A model generated the notes under the pieces. The model ran no database searches. It had not been told where the DNA came from and saw only the letters and a program-made list of their open reading frames with translations. Positions 60,569 to 64,000 of a stretch of 64,000 bases of DNA are shown one piece after another. This stretch comes from Candidatus Obscuribacterales bacterium. Its GTDB lineage: Bacteria > Cyanobacteriota > Vampirovibrionia > Obscuribacterales > Obscuribacteraceae. Numbering within the stretch: the first letter of the stretch is position 1; each line of letters opens with the position of its first letter. Where the stretch lies: NCBI GenBank assembly GCA_965228855.1, contig CBDDIJ010000003.1, positions 3,232,001-3,296,000 on the forward strand. Reading direction: 5' to 3'. The translations under genes and the position numbers were made by a program.

Positions 60569-60651
60569 CAAAATTCAGAGTGTCAAAATGTCTGCAGAAG
60601 AAACGTCCAGAGCAAGCGAGATCTGCAGCTTCGAGAAGACACTGAGAGTCA

Positions 60652-61455
60652 GTGAGAGCAAAATATATGGTTCAGAACGAGATAAAGCTACTCCAGACGG
60701 ATACGACTCCCGACGAAAACTTCCGCCGCGAATGTCTACTGCTTCGCCCGTTCGCGCAAGAGAGTTATCTTGAAAGTCTGGCGAGTGAAGCGGAGTTGAT
60801 TGAGCTGGAATGCAATGGTGCGAGGTGCGGTTATGCACTCGTCAGAGATTCATGCATCGTTGAGTTCTTCGTTTATCCAACATCCATCGTTGATGAAACG
60901 GCAGTGCTCGAGTCGGTCGTTAGTTTAACCGGAGCTAAAGCGGCTCTTTGTCAGTCGTTCGATTCAGTAATGACTAACGCATGCTCGAGTCTAGGGTGGG
61001 GGTCGAAAGTAGTCGCTCACTTGTTTCGAGATTTCGACGATACCGCTATCGATGTCGGGCTCGTGGCGCAGCTCGCAACGAGCGAATGCTTGTCTAAAAT
61101 ACAATCAATACATGATGGATTTTTCGACAGTGAAGACGAGATCAGATCATACCTCGACGAGGAGCATGCAAGAATGTTTCTCTACTATCGAAATAGCCAA
61201 GCCGTCGCATGCGGCATAATTAAACGTGTTGTAGCCTGCCGAAACGACTATGATATCGGAATGGTAGTAGCACCAGCCTTCCGTGGCACCGGCTACGGTG
61301 CTGCTGTGGTATCACACCTGAAACACTTTTGCATGTCCCAGGGATGGCAACCGATCGCCGGCTGCAGCGTCGACAACGCTGCATCAAAGCGAAGCCTGGA
61401 ACGTGCCGGTTTCATCGCCGAACACCAACTGCTAAACTACGCTCAACAATTCTGA
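60652..61455 (+). CDS. GNAT-family N-acetyltransferase
   Basis: DIGMVVAPAFRGTGYG and NAASKRSLERAGF. Confidence 0.9.
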   Translation: MRAKYMVQNEIKLLQTDTTPDENFRRECLLLRPFAQESYLESLASEAELIELECNGARCGYALVRDSCIVEFFVYPTSIVDETAVLESVVSLTGAKAALCQSFDSVMTNACSSLGWGSKVVAHLFRDFDDTAIDVGLVAQLATSECLSKIQSIHDGFFDSEDEIRSYLDEEHARMFLYYRNSQAVACGIIKRVVACRNDYDIGMVVAPAFRGTGYGAAVVSHLKHFCMSQGWQPIAGCSVDNAASKRSLERAGFIAEHQLLNYAQQF

Positions 61456-62048
61456 CTGAGTGCTTGAGGTATCGTTCTTGCATATTTCTTACGCAAAGTC
61501 AGCGCGGAACTGACGCTGCTTACGTTAGTTTCCGCGCGGCCTAAAATTAGCGTGATCGTAATTCCCTCGAGGCAACAAACAATCCACGCGATGATCATTG
61601 CAGTTAGAAGAAGAGGTAGTTTCAGATACCAGAATGCGAGCATCGTAAAAAACATCCCGTAAGCACACAGCCGAGAGAACGTGCTGTGATATGCGGGATA
61701 ACAGCCATGCCGAAATTGAGCAAGCCACCAGTGAAATAGTTGCAGGGTCAAGCCGACCGCGAGATATGGATATGATGGCGCCAATAGAGGCGCGGCATGG
61801 AGGGAGAGAAAGACAACCACTGCGAGGTAGAACACTAGATCAGATACGCTATCAAGACGCGCACCGAAGTCACTGCACCAATTGAATGTTCTCGCCATCC
61901 AGCCATCAAGCATATCCGAGACACCACCCAGGGCAAACAGAGTCAGAAAAGAAGTGTTCGCCAGTTCGCCGTTTAAGATTGAAAGAAAAATCAACGTGAT
62001 GGCGGCAAACAATCTTACGCTTGTAATAATGTTGGGAAGTTGTTTCAT
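61443..62048 (-). CDS. CDP-alcohol phosphatidyltransferase family protein
   Basis: LPNIITSVR and DMLDGWMAR..SDFGARLDSVSD signature. Confidence 0.93.
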   Translation of the reverse strand: MKQLPNIITSVRLFAAITLIFLSILNGELANTSFLTLFALGGVSDMLDGWMARTFNWCSDFGARLDSVSDLVFYLAVVVFLSLHAAPLLAPSYPYLAVGLTLQLFHWWLAQFRHGCYPAYHSTFSRLCAYGMFFTMLAFWYLKLPLLLTAMIIAWIVCCLEGITITLILGRAETNVSSVSSALTLRKKYARTIPQALSQNC

Positions 62049-62217
62049 AACCGTAGTTTAGGAGAACTATCGCGTCCTAAACCATCGCCCCCACAGATCA
62101 AAAAGTGTTGTTCGCGTATGGTGTCGCTGAAGACGAATCGTACGACTGGTAATTTCGAGCAGGAACCAGCGATGATAGAATCGAATTCTAGAGACGTTAA
62201 GGGTTTTTGCTCAATTA

Positions 62218-64000
62218 ATGACCGAAGCCGACTTCTCCCACTGCAAAATTGCTATTGTTGACAGCGACAATCTATTCTGTCAGCAGCTTCAGGCTTGCTT
62301 GCGGGATGCCGATTTCCAGGTAGAGTACGAGCGTAATGCGGTTTCCGGTCTTAAGAAGATCAAAAGTTGGAAGCCGCATATTGTAGTCTCAGACTACGTT
62401 GTTCACGGCATGGACTACTTCGACTTCGCTCAACAGGTCGAGGCACTACCGTTCAAAACACATTTGATTGTCGTCAGCAGTCACTACCTTGACGGTCCGC
62501 TTATCTCGCAACTGGCGAACATTTCGAGAGTCGCGTTAACTGTGCAGAAACCGATTAAGCCTCAAGATCTACTCAACAAAATTATCGATTTAATCCCCCA
62601 GGTAGACTTCAGCGAGCAAACTGAGCCGCCTGAACCAATTGATACAGAGTCCGACTACAGTCTGAACGATAAAGATTTACAGCAGGAAATCTCCAGACTC
62701 CAGTTCGAAGCTAAAGAGTTGCCCAGGTTCGTGGCGAGCATGAAGGCTCTCACATCACTGGCACGCCAGCAACCACATAAATCCCAATACCTCCGCGAAG
62801 CGCTGGAGCAGAGCAAGAAAACGTTCGAGGAGGTTCGCCGCCAGCGGCTTCCCCATCTTGAAGAACCCATCGAACAAGTTACAAACTTGCTTGCAGAAAT
62901 TATAGATAGAGGTAGCCTTCCCAGTCTTAGGGCCTGGGATCAGGTTATGTCTGAGCTAGACGCGCTGTCTGAGCAGAAGAATCGAATTGGGACCTCAACG
63001 TTGCCTGACTTTGATTCAGAGGAGACAGAAGAATTACATTCGATGTCGGACATCCAGAGTATACTGCCACTTCCAACGAATATGATTCAAACTTTTCGCC
63101 CAAAGCCACGGCTTCCCACTCTCCCGAATAACCAAACATTTTTGGTTGTGGGCAATGATCCCGGCGAAGAACTTCTCAATCTCGGCAGCCGATACGGCGT
63201 TTCAATTACACTCAGAGAACAGTTGGAACAAGCGCGAGAAGCATGTCAGTCAGCAAAGTTTGATCTCGTATTGCTTTTGTTGCCTCCGAATCTATCCGGA
63301 GAGAGAGCGAGAGAAACTGTCGTTTCTATGCACGAAACTCTGCGCGGAATTGATACATACAACGAAACACCGCTGGTTGTGCTCTCAGACCTGGAATCAA
63401 TGCACACTAGAATCGTGACGGCACATCTGAACAATTCTCACTGGTTAAGTTGGGCCGAGCTGCGCCGAGATGAAACTGTGTTCTTGACCTTAAAGTCCAT
63501 TGCCGCCCGGACTGGAACTCGTCCATCGGTTCTTATAGTCGACTCCGACATATCCGACTCCGAAGAGCTTTTGAGAGAGCTGTCACGGAAATGCAGCAAG
63601 GTCGACACTGTACGCGAGCCAGATACAGTCATCAAAGTCATTCAGGACTGCCGACCAGACGTGATTTTAGTGAGCGAACGAATCGGTGATTTGAGCGGTC
63701 TCGATTTATGCCGCGCGATTAACAGTTGTATCTCTTTTGAATCCATAACTCTAATCCTTGAGGTAACCTCGACCGACGCCGGAACGCTGAAAGGGGCATC
63801 CCGAGCCGGGATCGATGGCATCATCTACAGGTCGGACAGCAAGGATTTAAGCGCCGAGCTAATGCTCAAAATCTGGCGAAGATGTTCCACGCTGCGGAAG
63901 TCTGGTGAAGTATTAAGAAAACCGTCGCTAGAGGTTTCAGCAGATATAAGAGCTTCCATTGAGCAGGATCTGAAAAGATCAACCGATGAACAGCTACCGT
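62218..64000 (+). CDS. Multi-domain response regulator (REC - helical linker - degenerate REC - REC), truncated by window end
   Basis: Manual translation is open from the ATG at 62218 to the edge: KIAIVDSD..WKPHIVVSDY..VQKP; FDLVLLLLP; SVLIVDSD..CRPDVILVSERIGDLSGLDLCR. It is absent from the ORF track because there is no stop. Confidence 0.85.
   Translation, partial: MTEADFSHCKIAIVDSDNLFCQQLQACLRDADFQVEYERNAVSGLKKIKSWKPHIVVSDYVVHGMDYFDFAQQVEALPFKTHLIVVSSHYLDGPLISQLANISRVALTVQKPIKPQDLLNKIIDLIPQVDFSEQTEPPEPIDTESDYSLNDKDLQQEISRLQFEAKELPRFVASMKALTSLARQQPHKSQYLREALEQSKKTFEEVRRQRLPHLEEPIEQVTNLLAEIIDRGSLPSLRAWDQVMSELDALSEQKNRIGTSTLPDFDSEETEELHSMSDIQSILPLPTNMIQTFRPKPRLPTLPNNQTFLVVGNDPGEELLNLGSRYGVSITLREQLEQAREACQSAKFDLVLLLLPPNLSGERARETVVSMHETLRGIDTYNETPLVVLSDLESMHTRIVTAHLNNSHWLSWAELRRDETVFLTLKSIAARTGTRPSVLIVDSDISDSEELLRELSRKCSKVDTVREPDTVIKVIQDCRPDVILVSERIGDLSGLDLCRAINSCISFESITLILEVTSTDAGTLKGASRAGIDGIIYRSDSKDLSAELMLKIWRRCSTLRKSGEVLRKPSLEVSADIRASIEQDLKRSTDEQLP

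Overview
The window is 64 kb of bacterial chromosome with moderate GC. The gene repertoire includes Cys-rich Ser/Thr kinase-LRR, TPR-matrixin, TPR-caspase, tandem TonB-C, PspA/IM30-like and TrbI-like proteins, and I noticed only one cyanobacterial HIP1 octamer. This suggests a non-photosynthetic Cyanobacteriota relative (Vampirovibrionia/Melainabacteria, Obscuribacterales-like); the assignment is inference. I saw no rRNA, tRNA, CRISPR array, integrase or transposase. The first ~11.3 kb is a variable accessory region. It holds (i) a polymorphic-toxin-like locus: a 682-aa protein ending in an anthrax-lethal-factor-like (ATLF) HExxH metallopeptidase, an abutting putative immunity gene, an orphan truncated ATLF C-terminus with its own partner gene, and a decayed ParDE-like toxin-antitoxin pair; and (ii) a twice-repeated scaffold (repeat A - TPR paralog - repeat B - repeat C) whose short non-coding repeats are far better conserved than the paralogous genes and flank different cargo. 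The rest of the window includes an RND efflux operon whose permease carries a 36 x 8-aa Pro/Ala-rich tail, a CPA2 antiporter with a long N-terminal extension, secretin-less pilus N-domain, SecDF-head and VWA genes, a SOUL-cytochrome c-hemA cluster, a co-oriented block of putatively exported deaminase and amidase genes with a DUF4239 gene, a thioester-less alpha-2-macroglobulin, and a multi-receiver response regulator that runs off the right edge and is missing from the ORF track. All family calls come from motif recognition by eye; no searches were run.
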